From positions 95,484-159,483 of the forward strand of contig DASZTF010000044.1 of the NCBI GenBank assembly GCA_035548315.1: 64,000 bases of DNA, given 5' to 3'. The translations under genes were made by a program, and so were the position numbers. Under the pieces are notes generated by a model. The model was not told the DNA's origin and ran no database searches. It worked only from the letters and a program-made list of their open reading frames with translations. Positions 7,396-17,400 of the stretch are shown in pieces. Numbering within the stretch: the first letter of the stretch is position 1; each line of letters opens with the position of its first letter. Origin of the DNA: Minisyncoccota bacterium. GTDB lineage: Bacteria; Patescibacteriota; Minisyncoccia; Phycocordibacterales; Phycocordibacteraceae.

Positions 7396-8142
7396 TTACA
7401 CAAGCATCGCCTTGATCACGAGCGCGGTTTCTTCGGGGTTCGCGACTTGCTGCGTTTTGATGCCGGTTTCTTTCACGACATCATCGTTCCCGCCCGGATA
7501 GAGCTGATCGCCGATGTAGAGCATATCAGCAATGGGAATGTTCAGATGCTCGGAAAGTCTGCGGATGCCGAATGCTTTATTCACGCCGTGCTTGGTCACA
7601 TCGATGGAGGTCGACCCGCCGCGCTTCACATCGTACTGCGGGAGGAGCGGGGCGATCGCGTTACGCAGCTGCTCGCGCTTGGTCTGGTCCGGATCCCATG
7701 CGAGCTTCTCCTCGACCGGGGCTTCCTGTCCGAAGACCGACAGTGTGACCTCTGAGCCGCGGAACTCGATGCGGTCGCCGTGCGACGGGGTAGAAAAGTC
7801 CACGAGCCCGGTCTTTTCCGCACCCTCCATAAGTGCGTCGCGGATAGTGAGGGCATCTTCCTCGGTCAGCGTTTCTATATACACGGGCGACCACTCGCCG
7901 AGTGCGTACTCGTAGAGCGCTGCTCCCGATGTGGGAAGAAGGTATAGATTCGTAAATGCAGCGTCGCTCGGCAGCTGGTCGACGAGCTGCTTTTTGAATT
8001 GCTCGAGTTTTCCGCCGCCCACGAGCGCGACTTTTGCTTTCCGCAGGAGCGCGGTGAGCGCGATCGCCATGTCGACTTCGAGCGGCGCTTTGCTCACGGT
8101 CAGGGTGTTGTCGATATCAAAGCAGATGAGCTTGGGAATCAT
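7396..8142 (-). CDS. eukaryotic-type phosphomannomutase (HAD-IIB, PF03332-like)
   Basis: CFDIDNTLT (DxDxT) motif. Along the full length it resembles human PMM2 (VALVGGG, RGSEVTLSVFGQE, GGSTSIDV, YIGDQLYPGGNDD). Overlaps the upstream GH130 gene stop by 4 nt. Confidence 0.7.
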   Translation of the reverse strand: MIPKLICFDIDNTLTVSKAPLEVDMAIALTALLRKAKVALVGGGKLEQFKKQLVDQLPSDAAFTNLYLLPTSGAALYEYALGEWSPVYIETLTEEDALTIRDALMEGAEKTGLVDFSTPSHGDRIEFRGSEVTLSVFGQEAPVEEKLAWDPDQTKREQLRNAIAPLLPQYDVKRGGSTSIDVTKHGVNKAFGIRRLSEHLNIPIADMLYIGDQLYPGGNDDVVKETGIKTQQVANPEETALVIKAMLV

Positions 8143-10073
8143 GGCGTCAGGTGGGGGAGTAGTTTGCGCACCAGCGTGGAAAGCGAGAGGGTTGCCACGC
8201 CGAGCGCCGTGTCGGCACCGCCGTAGTAGATCGCGAGGGTGTCGCCGGAGAGCGTCATGCCGTCCGAGAATACCACGTTCCCCACGACGCCGTCCTTTTC
8301 CCAGGTCTCCACCGGCTCGAGGATGGGGAGCGTGGTGCGTGCCAGCACGTTCGTGCAGGTCTCTGCATCGAGTAGTACTGCGCCGAGCCGGTAGACTTTA
8401 TCCGCGCCGATCGCGTGATAGATGAGGAGCCAGCCCTCGGGGATGCGCATCGGGGGAGCAGCGCAACCGACTTTCTCGTGATCCCACATCCCCGGCCGCG
8501 GGCCGATAAGCTCGATGCAACGATTCACTGGTCGCGCGAACGCGAGGTCGTCGAACACGTCCGCGCAGATATTGGGATCGATCCGATGGATCACCATGTA
8601 TTTCCCGCCGACTTTCCCGGAGACAAGACATACGTCTTTATCGGTGACGCCGTCTGGAGTAAGGAGGCGCGGGAGCGCCCAGCGGTCAAACCGCTTCGCG
8701 AGGAAGTCGCTCACCGGGATAGAACTCACTGCGCCGCGAGGGTCGCGGACGCCGTCGTAGGCGGTGTAGGTGAGGTACAGGGTGTCGCCTATAAGCGTGA
8801 GACGCGGATCCTCGCAGCCGGAATTGCCATTCGGATCGCCCTGCTTTTGCTCGAATGGCTCGCGCGGCACATACGCAGGATTGTGCAAGCGCTCGACGAC
8901 GCGGAAGTCTTTATCCACGCGTGCGTACCCCATGACCGAGGTGTTGTCGGCACCCATCGCGCGGTAGAGGAGGTGCGTCTCACCATTCAATTCCACCGCA
9001 GCGGCATTGAGTACCGCGCGTGATTCCCAGGCGTGGTCGGCGATCGGTTCGAGGATGGGATTTTTAGCGTACCGCTTTACGAAATTAAGCCGGTACTGTT
9101 CGTCCATGGCGTCGAAGAGATCGGGGAGGAAAAGAGACCCCATCCCACACACGGTATCGGCAGCGCCGTAGAAAATATCGAGCGTATCTTCGCGCAGCAC
9201 TGCACCCGAAGGGAATACGATATTGGGGACGGCGCCGTAGCGCTCGTAGGATTCTTTGGGCGACATGAACGACCCCGGTGTGCGCATCACGACCTTTTGC
9301 GGATCGTGCGCGTCGAGTACGAGCGCTTCCACGCCAAAGAGGCGGTTGTGCTCGTCGTAGTAATTGCGGATATGGGAGTACACCAGCAGCCAGCCCTTTT
9401 CCGTGCGCAGCGGCGCGGCGCCGACCTCCACATGCTCGCTATCCTGGCGGCGCAGTTCAGGGAGCGCGTGATCGGCGAGGCGCTCGTGCCAGCGCTGCCA
9501 GAACTCCGGATTCCAAAAGTCTTCAATGTTCTTCGCGCGCGCTATAGCGATCGTCGGGCGCGGGTACTCCGGCGTGTAATCCGTGTGGCAGGTGAGGAGC
9601 AGCACCACGTCGCCACCGATGCGTTCGGGGAACAGTGTCGCGGCTTTTGCATTGAACGGCGTCACCACGTGTTTCTCGGTAAGTGCGGTGGGTGACGCAC
9701 CGACCGCCGCACCGACTTTAATATTGCTCGGGCCGAACGGGAACCCGCCGAGCGCCGTGTAGAACACGTACCATTTTCCTTCGAAGAATGTGGCGCGCGG
9801 ATCCTCGCACCCATACGCTTCCCACGGGTGCTCGGGGACGATCACTTGCGTACGCTCACCCACGACGCCATCGGCGAGCGTGGCGTGGCCGATCGTGGAG
9901 AGTCCGGCGTACGGCGTGAGGAGTACGTCCGGCCGCGCGGTAGCACGGTAGAAGAGGTGTGTGGTATCGCCCTCGCGCACCGCAGAGGGGTTGAATGTCG
10001 CAAGCGCTTCCCATGCACGCTCGCGCACGGGCGCGATGATCGGATTTTGAGGAGAGCGGGTGAGGTAGAACAT
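8139..10073 (-). CDS. tandem two-module GH130 beta-mannoside phosphorylase (DUF377 x2)
   Basis: Two consecutive GH130-like modules, each with NPxxV, LFYRA and CEDPRxT motifs, in a single 644-aa polypeptide. Confidence 0.8.
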   Translation of the reverse strand: MFYLTRSPQNPIIAPVRERAWEALATFNPSAVREGDTTHLFYRATARPDVLLTPYAGLSTIGHATLADGVVGERTQVIVPEHPWEAYGCEDPRATFFEGKWYVFYTALGGFPFGPSNIKVGAAVGASPTALTEKHVVTPFNAKAATLFPERIGGDVVLLLTCHTDYTPEYPRPTIAIARAKNIEDFWNPEFWQRWHERLADHALPELRRQDSEHVEVGAAPLRTEKGWLLVYSHIRNYYDEHNRLFGVEALVLDAHDPQKVVMRTPGSFMSPKESYERYGAVPNIVFPSGAVLREDTLDIFYGAADTVCGMGSLFLPDLFDAMDEQYRLNFVKRYAKNPILEPIADHAWESRAVLNAAAVELNGETHLLYRAMGADNTSVMGYARVDKDFRVVERLHNPAYVPREPFEQKQGDPNGNSGCEDPRLTLIGDTLYLTYTAYDGVRDPRGAVSSIPVSDFLAKRFDRWALPRLLTPDGVTDKDVCLVSGKVGGKYMVIHRIDPNICADVFDDLAFARPVNRCIELIGPRPGMWDHEKVGCAAPPMRIPEGWLLIYHAIGADKVYRLGAVLLDAETCTNVLARTTLPILEPVETWEKDGVVGNVVFSDGMTLSGDTLAIYYGGADTALGVATLSLSTLVRKLLPHLTP

Positions 10074-10076
10074 GCG

Positions 10077-11279
10077 CTACGCGGGGCGGGGCAAGAGACT
10101 CATGACGCGAATCGGCAGCGCCGGCTTCTTGCGACCCATGAGTTCTGCAAGGAACACCTCGAGTGGGGCAGCAGCAGCACATACGCGCATGTCGCCGCCG
10201 CCGTAGTACACGATGAGCATGCCGTCCTTCACAACGGCACCGGTCGCATAGATCACGCCAGGCTTGCCGTCGTTCTCGTAGGGCATATCGGGCTCGAGGA
10301 TGGGGTAAGGCGAGCGCGCGATGACCTTGGTGATGTCGTCCTTATCAAGAAGAACCGCGCCGATTTTATATTTATGCGGCTCGCGGGCATCATTCGCATG
10401 GTAGAGCACGAGCCAGCCGTATACGGTTTCGATGGGTGGCGGGCCCGATCCGCGTACGCGGCTGTCCCACACGTTCTCGTCGAACTCGTCGCGGAAACGC
10501 GCATCGCTCTTCACGTAGTCGGCGGGTTCGGTGTCGAGCGAGTCGAGGTATTCGATCAAGACGCGGCGGCGCGTGCCCTTCCTAAATCCGTGGAGCACGG
10601 CGTACGTACCATTAATTTTCCGCGGGAAGAGCACCCAGTTCTTCTGGACTTCACCGGGCGCGGAGAGGAAGACTGGTTTGGTCCAATTCCAGTGGTTCAT
10701 TTCCATGTCGTCGAGCGCGATCGAGGTGACGCCGATCCGGAGCGAGTCCCAATCGCTGAATGCCGAGAAGGAGAGGTACAGGCGGTCGTCCACGACGACC
10801 GCGCGAGGATCTTCCGTACCCGCCCACGTGCCGCCCGACTGCATCAATTTCTCGTAGAGCGCAGGATGGTAGCGCTTGCGGAGTTCTGCGTGCTGCGGCG
10901 CGCCGACACCGGTGAGCGCGAACACGGGCATCGGCAGGCGCGTATCAAAATGGAACCCATCTTCGCTTGAGGCATAGCCCACGCGCGAGACGCCGTCCAT
11001 GCCGATCGCGCGATAGAAAAGGTGCACGCGTCCTCGTGCATAGACCGCAGCCGGATTCATGACGCCGCCGGCTTCCCAGAACTTCCCGGTGGGCTCGAGC
11101 ACGGGATTATCATCGGCGCGCGCGAGCGCGAGCGGCCGGTCTAGGATGAAATCGCGGAGGCCGCGCATCGCGCGGCGCGAATGCTTCGAGTTCACAATGT
11201 GGAATGCGCCTTGGAGGAAAAAGAGCGTCGCGGCGATCGCTCCGGTGAGAAAGAGAAAGAGGATGACAATGTTACTCAT
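10077..11279 (-). CDS. membrane-anchored GH130 family glycoside phosphorylase
   Basis: N-terminal TM helix followed by a GH130 module (NPAAV, LFYRAIG, EDPRAV, YGGGD). Confidence 0.8.
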   Translation of the reverse strand: MSNIVILFLFLTGAIAATLFFLQGAFHIVNSKHSRRAMRGLRDFILDRPLALARADDNPVLEPTGKFWEAGGVMNPAAVYARGRVHLFYRAIGMDGVSRVGYASSEDGFHFDTRLPMPVFALTGVGAPQHAELRKRYHPALYEKLMQSGGTWAGTEDPRAVVVDDRLYLSFSAFSDWDSLRIGVTSIALDDMEMNHWNWTKPVFLSAPGEVQKNWVLFPRKINGTYAVLHGFRKGTRRRVLIEYLDSLDTEPADYVKSDARFRDEFDENVWDSRVRGSGPPPIETVYGWLVLYHANDAREPHKYKIGAVLLDKDDITKVIARSPYPILEPDMPYENDGKPGVIYATGAVVKDGMLIVYYGGGDMRVCAAAAPLEVFLAELMGRKKPALPIRVMSLLPRPA

Positions 11280-11692
11280 GTCGGACTGGTGCGACCAAAA
11301 TCATCTTCAATACGCTCTTCGTCGTGCTCTTCGAAGGTCCCAAGTGCGATTTCCAGCCACACCAGGCCCTCGGCGTGTGCGGCGAGACGATGTGTGACTC
11401 CTCTTGGAATATGCACTTCGCTTCCCGCGCTCACGGACTCTGGCGTACCATCGACCTCTGCGGTGCCGCTGCCGGAAATGACGCGCCAAAATTCCGCGCG
11501 CTGCGCGTGGCGCTGAAGCGAAAGTCGTTCGTCGGGCTTGAGCGTGAGCAGTTTTACGGTGGACTGCTCGTTCAGCGTAAAGCGGTCGAAGGAACCCCAG
11601 GGGCGGTCTTCGTGGTCGCGGTGGGGGAGCAGGTTCATAGCTCTCTCCAGTATAGCGAGCCTTCTCCCTCTGCCCCAGTAGGTAATGCACAT
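11276..11692 (-). CDS. cupin-type mannose-6-phosphate isomerase (COG0662-like)
   Basis: The double-stranded beta-helix motif QRHAQRAEFWRVISGSG...VHIPRGVTHRL matches the cupin domain of ManC/PMI type II. First gene of the operon. Confidence 0.6.
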   Translation of the reverse strand: MCITYWGRGRRLAILERAMNLLPHRDHEDRPWGSFDRFTLNEQSTVKLLTLKPDERLSLQRHAQRAEFWRVISGSGTAEVDGTPESVSAGSEVHIPRGVTHRLAAHAEGLVWLEIALGTFEEHDEERIEDDFGRTSPT

Positions 11693-11731
11693 CTAGTAGG
11701 GGAAAAATGTAAAACCAGCTATACTGGCGCC

Positions 11732-11932
11732 ATGGCTCGTATCGAGAACAGGGTGCAGCAATTGCGCCACGGACTGGGCATGACCCAGGAAGAACTCGCG
11801 GAGAAGGCGAAGGTCACGCGCCAGACGATTATTGCGATTGAGAAGGGCAATTACGCTCCCTCCGTGGTGCTTGCGCTGCGGCTTGCGCATATACTAAAGA
11901 CATCCGTCGAACAGCTATTCACGCTTATATGA
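11732..11932 (+). CDS. XRE-family (Cro/C1) HTH transcriptional regulator
   Basis: LGMTQEELAEKAKVTRQTIIAIEKG is a canonical HTH_3 motif. Leaderless (TATACT at 11721-26, 5 nt before the ATG). Divergent from the mannoside operon. Confidence 0.75.
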   Translation: MARIENRVQQLRHGLGMTQEELAEKAKVTRQTIIAIEKGNYAPSVVLALRLAHILKTSVEQLFTLI

Positions 11933-12282
11933 TTTGGCATTATCTCATTGCTGCGGTACTTATTATCTCGCTCATCGCGGTCACCAATCCGTGGATGATC
12001 TTCATGCCCACGGTGATGGAGATGGTCGCGCTCGTGGTCATCGCCGTGCTCGTGGCGGGATACGCAGGACTCATTCTCGCGGAGCAGCCGAACGACGAGC
12101 GCGAAGACGCGCACCGCGCCTTTGCGGCGCGGGCGGGATTCATCACCGGCATCGCGCTCCTTACGGCCGCGCTCTTGTGGCAGGGCTTCCACCACGCGAT
12201 CGACGCGTGGGTGCCGAGCGCGCTCGGCGCGATGATACTCGCGAAAGTGGCCGCCCGTGCGTGGGCGAACCACTACCGCTAG
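11929..12282 (+). CDS. small membrane protein co-transcribed with the XRE regulator (YozG/DUF2178-like arrangement)
   Basis: ATGA start/stop overlap with the regulator. Three or four hydrophobic helices. Confidence 0.5.
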   Translation: MIWHYLIAAVLIISLIAVTNPWMIFMPTVMEMVALVVIAVLVAGYAGLILAEQPNDEREDAHRAFAARAGFITGIALLTAALLWQGFHHAIDAWVPSALGAMILAKVAARAWANHYR

Positions 12283-12300
12283 CAGAAAGAACAAGAGGCG

Positions 12301-13026
12301 CTAGTGCGCCTCTTCGTTCATCATCGCACCGCTGTCCTCGTGCATCATCGCGTTATCTTGCGATTGGTTCGCGTCTCCCTCCATCATGCCTTCGCCGTTC
12401 GACTCGGTATTTTCTTCCTGCATCGAGCCCTGCTCCATAGTCGTGGATGCCATCGTGTCGTCATGCATCATCGCGTCGTCGGTGCTGCTTGCGTCCTCGT
12501 GCATCATGGCGTCCGCTGCTGCCTGCGCCGAGTCGCTGAGATCATAACCCGCGTCATCGAGCTTTGCGGCGAGGTCGGCATCCGACGGTGTTTCATCGAG
12601 CACCGCGGTGTCTGAAAGTTCCGCGCTTGCTGCGGCATCGTCACCCGCGAGTACCTCGGTATCAGAATCGTCGTACGTTCCATTACCATCGTCTGCCACC
12701 ACCGCTGCGGTAATCGTCGCACCTGCGGTCAGTGTGCCGTTCGTATGGATGTGCACATTGCGATGCTCACCCGCGGTCAAGAGATCGCTCTGACCGGCCA
12801 CGGTCTTGGGCGTGCTCGTACTGCTCGTGTAGATCACCACGTATCCCGGCTTAGCGAGCTTGGCGTATGTGACGACCATGTCGTCGCTTGGCTTCTGGCT
12901 TTCCAGAAGGACGGCATTGTCGTTCGTGACAAGCGTCGTCGCGTACGCGCGGTCGAGGTACCAGTAGCCTCCGATCACGAGGATCACAAGCACGATACCG
13001 GTAACCCACCATTGATTCATATTCAT
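12301..13026 (-). CDS. membrane-anchored acidic protein with Met/His-rich AMMHED repeats (possible Cu(I)/metal-binding)
   Basis: N-terminal TM helix. The C-terminal tail carries DAMMHEDASSTDDAMMHDD...NAMMHEDSGAMMNEEAH, four copies of an (A)MMH(E/D)D motif. Confidence 0.5.
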   Translation of the reverse strand: MNMNQWWVTGIVLVILVIGGYWYLDRAYATTLVTNDNAVLLESQKPSDDMVVTYAKLAKPGYVVIYTSSTSTPKTVAGQSDLLTAGEHRNVHIHTNGTLTAGATITAAVVADDGNGTYDDSDTEVLAGDDAAASAELSDTAVLDETPSDADLAAKLDDAGYDLSDSAQAAADAMMHEDASSTDDAMMHDDTMASTTMEQGSMQEENTESNGEGMMEGDANQSQDNAMMHEDSGAMMNEEAH

Positions 13027-13157
13027 AGTTGCTTCTTATAGTTTGCGTAATAAACGTCCGATCTGAATTAACCGTACCATGCATATGTCTCTCGTGAAGG
13101 AGGGGAGTGTGTAAAACCTACTTTACATTTCAGGTCATCGCTCTAGGATAAGCAGAT

Positions 13158-14891
13158 ATGGCGCTTTTCTTCATATCGTTCCTCGCGGGCGTATTAACCG
13201 TCGTGTCTCCCTGCGTGCTGCCGCTTCTGCCCGTGATTGTGGGCGGGACGATTGCAGGAGGGACGAATGTGAAGCGCGCGCTTACGGTGACGCTCGCGCT
13301 CGGCGCATCGGTGCTCGCGTTCACCTTCTTGCTCAAAGCATCCACACTCCTCATTAGCGTGCCGCAATCATTTTGGAGTTATGCGTCGGGCGCGCTCATC
13401 ATATTGATTGGCATTGCGACACTCTTCCCGCGTATCTACGACCAGCTGCCGTTCATGGCGGCGTTCAACCGCGACAGCAATAAGTTGATGTCGAGCGGCT
13501 ATATGCGCCAGACGTTCTGGGGTGATGTGATCGTGGGTGCCGCGCTCGGCCCCGTGTTCTCCACCTGCAGCCCGACGTATTTCATCGTGCTCGCGACCGT
13601 GCTTCCCGCGAGCCTCGCGCTCGGCGTGGCCGACATGCTCGCGTATGTGATCGGTTTGTGCGCGTTTCTCTTCCTCATTGCGATTGCTGGGCAGAAATTG
13701 GTGGGAAATCTCGCGACCGCGGCAGACCCGAACGCGTGGTGGCGAAAGGCGCTCGGCATACTGCTCATCCTCACCGGCCTACTCATCGTGACTGGTTACG
13801 CAGCAGCAGTAGAGGCACCGCTCTACACCATCTTCGACGAGACGAAGGTGGAGCAGAAGCTTTTGGGCAATGGGGGCGATACTTCGGTGCTTGCGACTTC
13901 CACATCTGCAACTACGCTTGCAGAAAAAATGGCGAAGTATCACCTCGCGGCGGAGTTGCAGAGCCCTGATGCGTACCTCAACACCGGTGGCCAGCCAATT
14001 AATCTCGCGCAGTATCGCGGGAAAAATGTCGTGCTCATCGATTTCTGGACGTATTCCTGTATCAACTGCTTGCGCACGATTCCGTATGTCACCGAGTGGT
14101 ATTCAAAATATAAAGATCAAGGCTTAGTGATCATTGGGGTGCACACACCGGAATTTGCATTCGAGCACGTACTCGCGAATGTGCAGGACGCCGTGCAGCG
14201 ACTCGGCATCACGTACCCGGTCGTGCTCGATAATGAGTATGCGACGTGGAATGCATTCCAGAATCAGTACTGGCCGCGCGAGTACCTTATCGATATCGAC
14301 GGGTTCATCGTGCATGACCATGCGGGCGAGGGCGACTATGACCAGACGGAGGCGGCGATTCAAGCGGCACTTAAGGAGCGTGCACAGCGGCTCGGCACGG
14401 CGTACGCAGCGACCTCCACCGTGAGCACCATACCGTCATCGGTCGTGAGCGGCGTGGGAAGTCCGGAGACGTACTTCGGCAGTAATCGCAATCAATACTT
14501 CGGAAATGGCGCAGCGGGACAGAGCGGGACGAGTACGTATACGCTTCCTGCGGAAGCGTCCCCGAATACCTTCGACCTTGGCGGCACCTGGGATATCGAG
14601 CCCGAATACGCGCAGGCCGTGAGCGCAGGCGCGTCGATTCAGTATGAATACCAAGCAAGCAATGTGTACTTCGTGGCGGCGAGCGATGCGCCGGTGAAGG
14701 TAGAGGTACTGCTCGATGGACAGCCGATAGGGAAGATGGGCGGCACCGATGTCGACCCGACTACTTCCACCATGACCATTCAGGCGAATCGCCTGTATAG
14801 CGTGGTGCATATGACCACGCCGGGCGTCCACACTCTCGAGCTCAAAGCCCTCACCCCAGGGCTTATGGCGTACACGTTCACCTTTGGCTAG
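13158..14891 (+). CDS. DipZ-like protein: CcdA/DsbD transmembrane domain + TlpA-like thioredoxin + C-terminal beta-sandwich domain
   Basis: SPCVLPLLP (CcdA Cys motif) and a second Cys in the FSTCSPTYF helix. WTYSCINCLR (CxxC) thioredoxin fold. C-terminal extension of about 180 aa as in mycobacterial DipZ. Leaderless-type promoter (TAGGAT 8 nt before the ATG). Confidence 0.75.
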   Translation: MALFFISFLAGVLTVVSPCVLPLLPVIVGGTIAGGTNVKRALTVTLALGASVLAFTFLLKASTLLISVPQSFWSYASGALIILIGIATLFPRIYDQLPFMAAFNRDSNKLMSSGYMRQTFWGDVIVGAALGPVFSTCSPTYFIVLATVLPASLALGVADMLAYVIGLCAFLFLIAIAGQKLVGNLATAADPNAWWRKALGILLILTGLLIVTGYAAAVEAPLYTIFDETKVEQKLLGNGGDTSVLATSTSATTLAEKMAKYHLAAELQSPDAYLNTGGQPINLAQYRGKNVVLIDFWTYSCINCLRTIPYVTEWYSKYKDQGLVIIGVHTPEFAFEHVLANVQDAVQRLGITYPVVLDNEYATWNAFQNQYWPREYLIDIDGFIVHDHAGEGDYDQTEAAIQAALKERAQRLGTAYAATSTVSTIPSSVVSGVGSPETYFGSNRNQYFGNGAAGQSGTSTYTLPAEASPNTFDLGGTWDIEPEYAQAVSAGASIQYEYQASNVYFVAASDAPVKVEVLLDGQPIGKMGGTDVDPTTSTMTIQANRLYSVVHMTTPGVHTLELKALTPGLMAYTFTFG

Positions 14892-14974
14892 GTGCATAAC
14901 TCGCCCATAAAATTGTGACAGCACTATACTGAAGGGGTGCACCTTATTCCGATAAGCTTATCGAAAGAATTCTT

Positions 14975-15199
14975 ATGAAGGCATTGCACATGATTGCGTT
15001 CATCCTTCTCATCGTAGGAGGACTCAACTGGGGCCTCGTCGGCCTCGGCGGATTCGCGGGTGCTGACTGGAATGTCGTCCACATGATCCTCGGCTCCTGG
15101 CCGGCGGTCGAGTGGCTCGTCTACGTCCTCGTCGGTCTCTCCGCACTCTGGCTCGTGTTCTCGCACAAGAAGGACTGCCGCGTCTGCAGCGCGATGTAA
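14975..15199 (+). CDS. DUF378-family small membrane protein
   Basis: GGLNWGLVGLGGF motif characteristic of DUF378. Confidence 0.6.
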   Translation: MKALHMIAFILLIVGGLNWGLVGLGGFAGADWNVVHMILGSWPAVEWLVYVLVGLSALWLVFSHKKDCRVCSAM

Positions 15200-15221
15200 G
15201 TCATCGTTCTCACGAACGAGC

Positions 15222-15260
15222 GCACGGCCCCGCCTTCTGGCGGGGCCGTGCTGTTGTGTA
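15222..15260 (+). terminator. rho-independent terminator
   Basis: Perfect 13-bp stem GCACGGCCCCGCC-ttct-GGCGGGGCCGTGC followed by TGTTGTGT. Confidence 0.6.
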
Positions 15261-15326
15261 ATTCGTTATCCCCGGTTGCCGGATTTCCAGGTTCGCTATA
15301 CTGACCCGACAGTAATTATTTTTTAT

Positions 15327-15848
15327 ATGCACACGTCCCTCTACTCCGTTACCATCCCGACCTTCAAGAAGGGTCTCTCGGCGCTTTCGGGCCTCCTCGA
15401 CAAGGCCGACGCGTTTCTTAAAGAGAAGGGCCTGCCCGAAGCAGACCTCTTGCAGAAGCGCCTCGCGCCCGACATGTTCCCATTCGTGAAGCAGGTGCAG
15501 CTCGTCTCTGATCAATCGAAGGGATTCGCCGCGCGCATCCAGGGGCGGGACCCCGTCTCGATGGAAGACACTGAAGCATCGATCGCGGAACTGAAAGAGC
15601 GCATCGCAAAGACGATTGCAGTCCTCGATGCGGTCAAGCCCGAAGATATTGATGGTAAAGAAGACACCGAGATCCGCATCAAGTGGTTCCCGGGGCAGCA
15701 CATCCTCGGCGGCCACTACGCGCTCGAGTACGTGCTTCCGAACTTCTTCTTCCACCTCACGACCGCGTACGACCTCCTGCGCGCCGAGGGCATCCAGATA
15801 GGGAAGGCCGACTTCATCGGTGCTCTTTCGCTGCGGGATGACGCGTAA
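15327..15848 (+). CDS. DUF1993-family protein
   Basis: PDMFPFVKQVQLVSD and C-terminal YVLPNFFFHLTTAYDLLR match the DUF1993 pattern. Confidence 0.55.
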   Translation: MHTSLYSVTIPTFKKGLSALSGLLDKADAFLKEKGLPEADLLQKRLAPDMFPFVKQVQLVSDQSKGFAARIQGRDPVSMEDTEASIAELKERIAKTIAVLDAVKPEDIDGKEDTEIRIKWFPGQHILGGHYALEYVLPNFFFHLTTAYDLLRAEGIQIGKADFIGALSLRDDA

Positions 15849-15868
15849 AATGCTATACTGACGCTACT

Positions 15869-16606
<738 letters not shown>

Positions 16607-16612
16607 TCAATT

Positions 16613-17383
16613 ATGAAAAATCCTGCACTCATTGGGTACTACACGATGGTCCGCAAGGCGACCGTCCGCATCATCCGCATCTGGTCGCAGACGCTCTTGC
16701 CGCCAATAGTCACCACGACGCTGTACTTCATCGTGTTCGGTACGTTCATCGGCAGCCAGCTCGCATCGGTCTCAGGGCACAGCTACATGGAGTTCATCGT
16801 GCCGGGCCTCGTGATGATGTCGATCATCACAAGCTCCTACATGAACACCGTGTCCACGTTCTACTTTGAAAAGTGGCAGCGCACGATCGACGAAATGCTC
16901 GTGTCGCCGATGCCGAGCTGGGTCATTATGCTCGGGTTCGTCTCGGGCGGCGTGATCCGTGCGATTCTCGTGGGCATCTTGGTCGTGATCGTGGCGCTGT
17001 TCTTCACGCACCTTGCGGTCACGAGCTTTCTCATCGTGCTTGTGGCGGCGTTCCTCACCGCATTTCTCTTCGCACTCGCAGGGCTCGTGAACGGATTCTT
17101 CGCGAAGTCGTTCGACGCGATTTCAATTGTTCCCACATTTGTGCTTACTCCGCTTACCTACTTGGGCGGGGTGTTCTACTCGGTCAATCAGCTGCCGCCG
17201 TTCTTCCGCGACCTCTCGCTCGTCAACCCGATCCTCTACATGGTGAATCTCTTCCGCTACGGCTTCCTCGGCGTCTCCGACGTCCCGCCGGCGACTGCGT
17301 TCCTCGTGCTCGCGGCCTTCACCATCGGATTCCTCGTGCTCACCACGTGGCTCTTCGCCCGCGGTACGGGTCTCAAGCACTAA
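16613..17383 (+). CDS. ABC-2 family transporter permease
   Basis: Six-TM ABC-2-type permease located 6 nt after the ATPase gene. Confidence 0.8.
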   Translation: MKNPALIGYYTMVRKATVRIIRIWSQTLLPPIVTTTLYFIVFGTFIGSQLASVSGHSYMEFIVPGLVMMSIITSSYMNTVSTFYFEKWQRTIDEMLVSPMPSWVIMLGFVSGGVIRAILVGILVVIVALFFTHLAVTSFLIVLVAAFLTAFLFALAGLVNGFFAKSFDAISIVPTFVLTPLTYLGGVFYSVNQLPPFFRDLSLVNPILYMVNLFRYGFLGVSDVPPATAFLVLAAFTIGFLVLTTWLFARGTGLKH

Positions 17384-17400
17384 TCTCGCTCGCCGTACGC

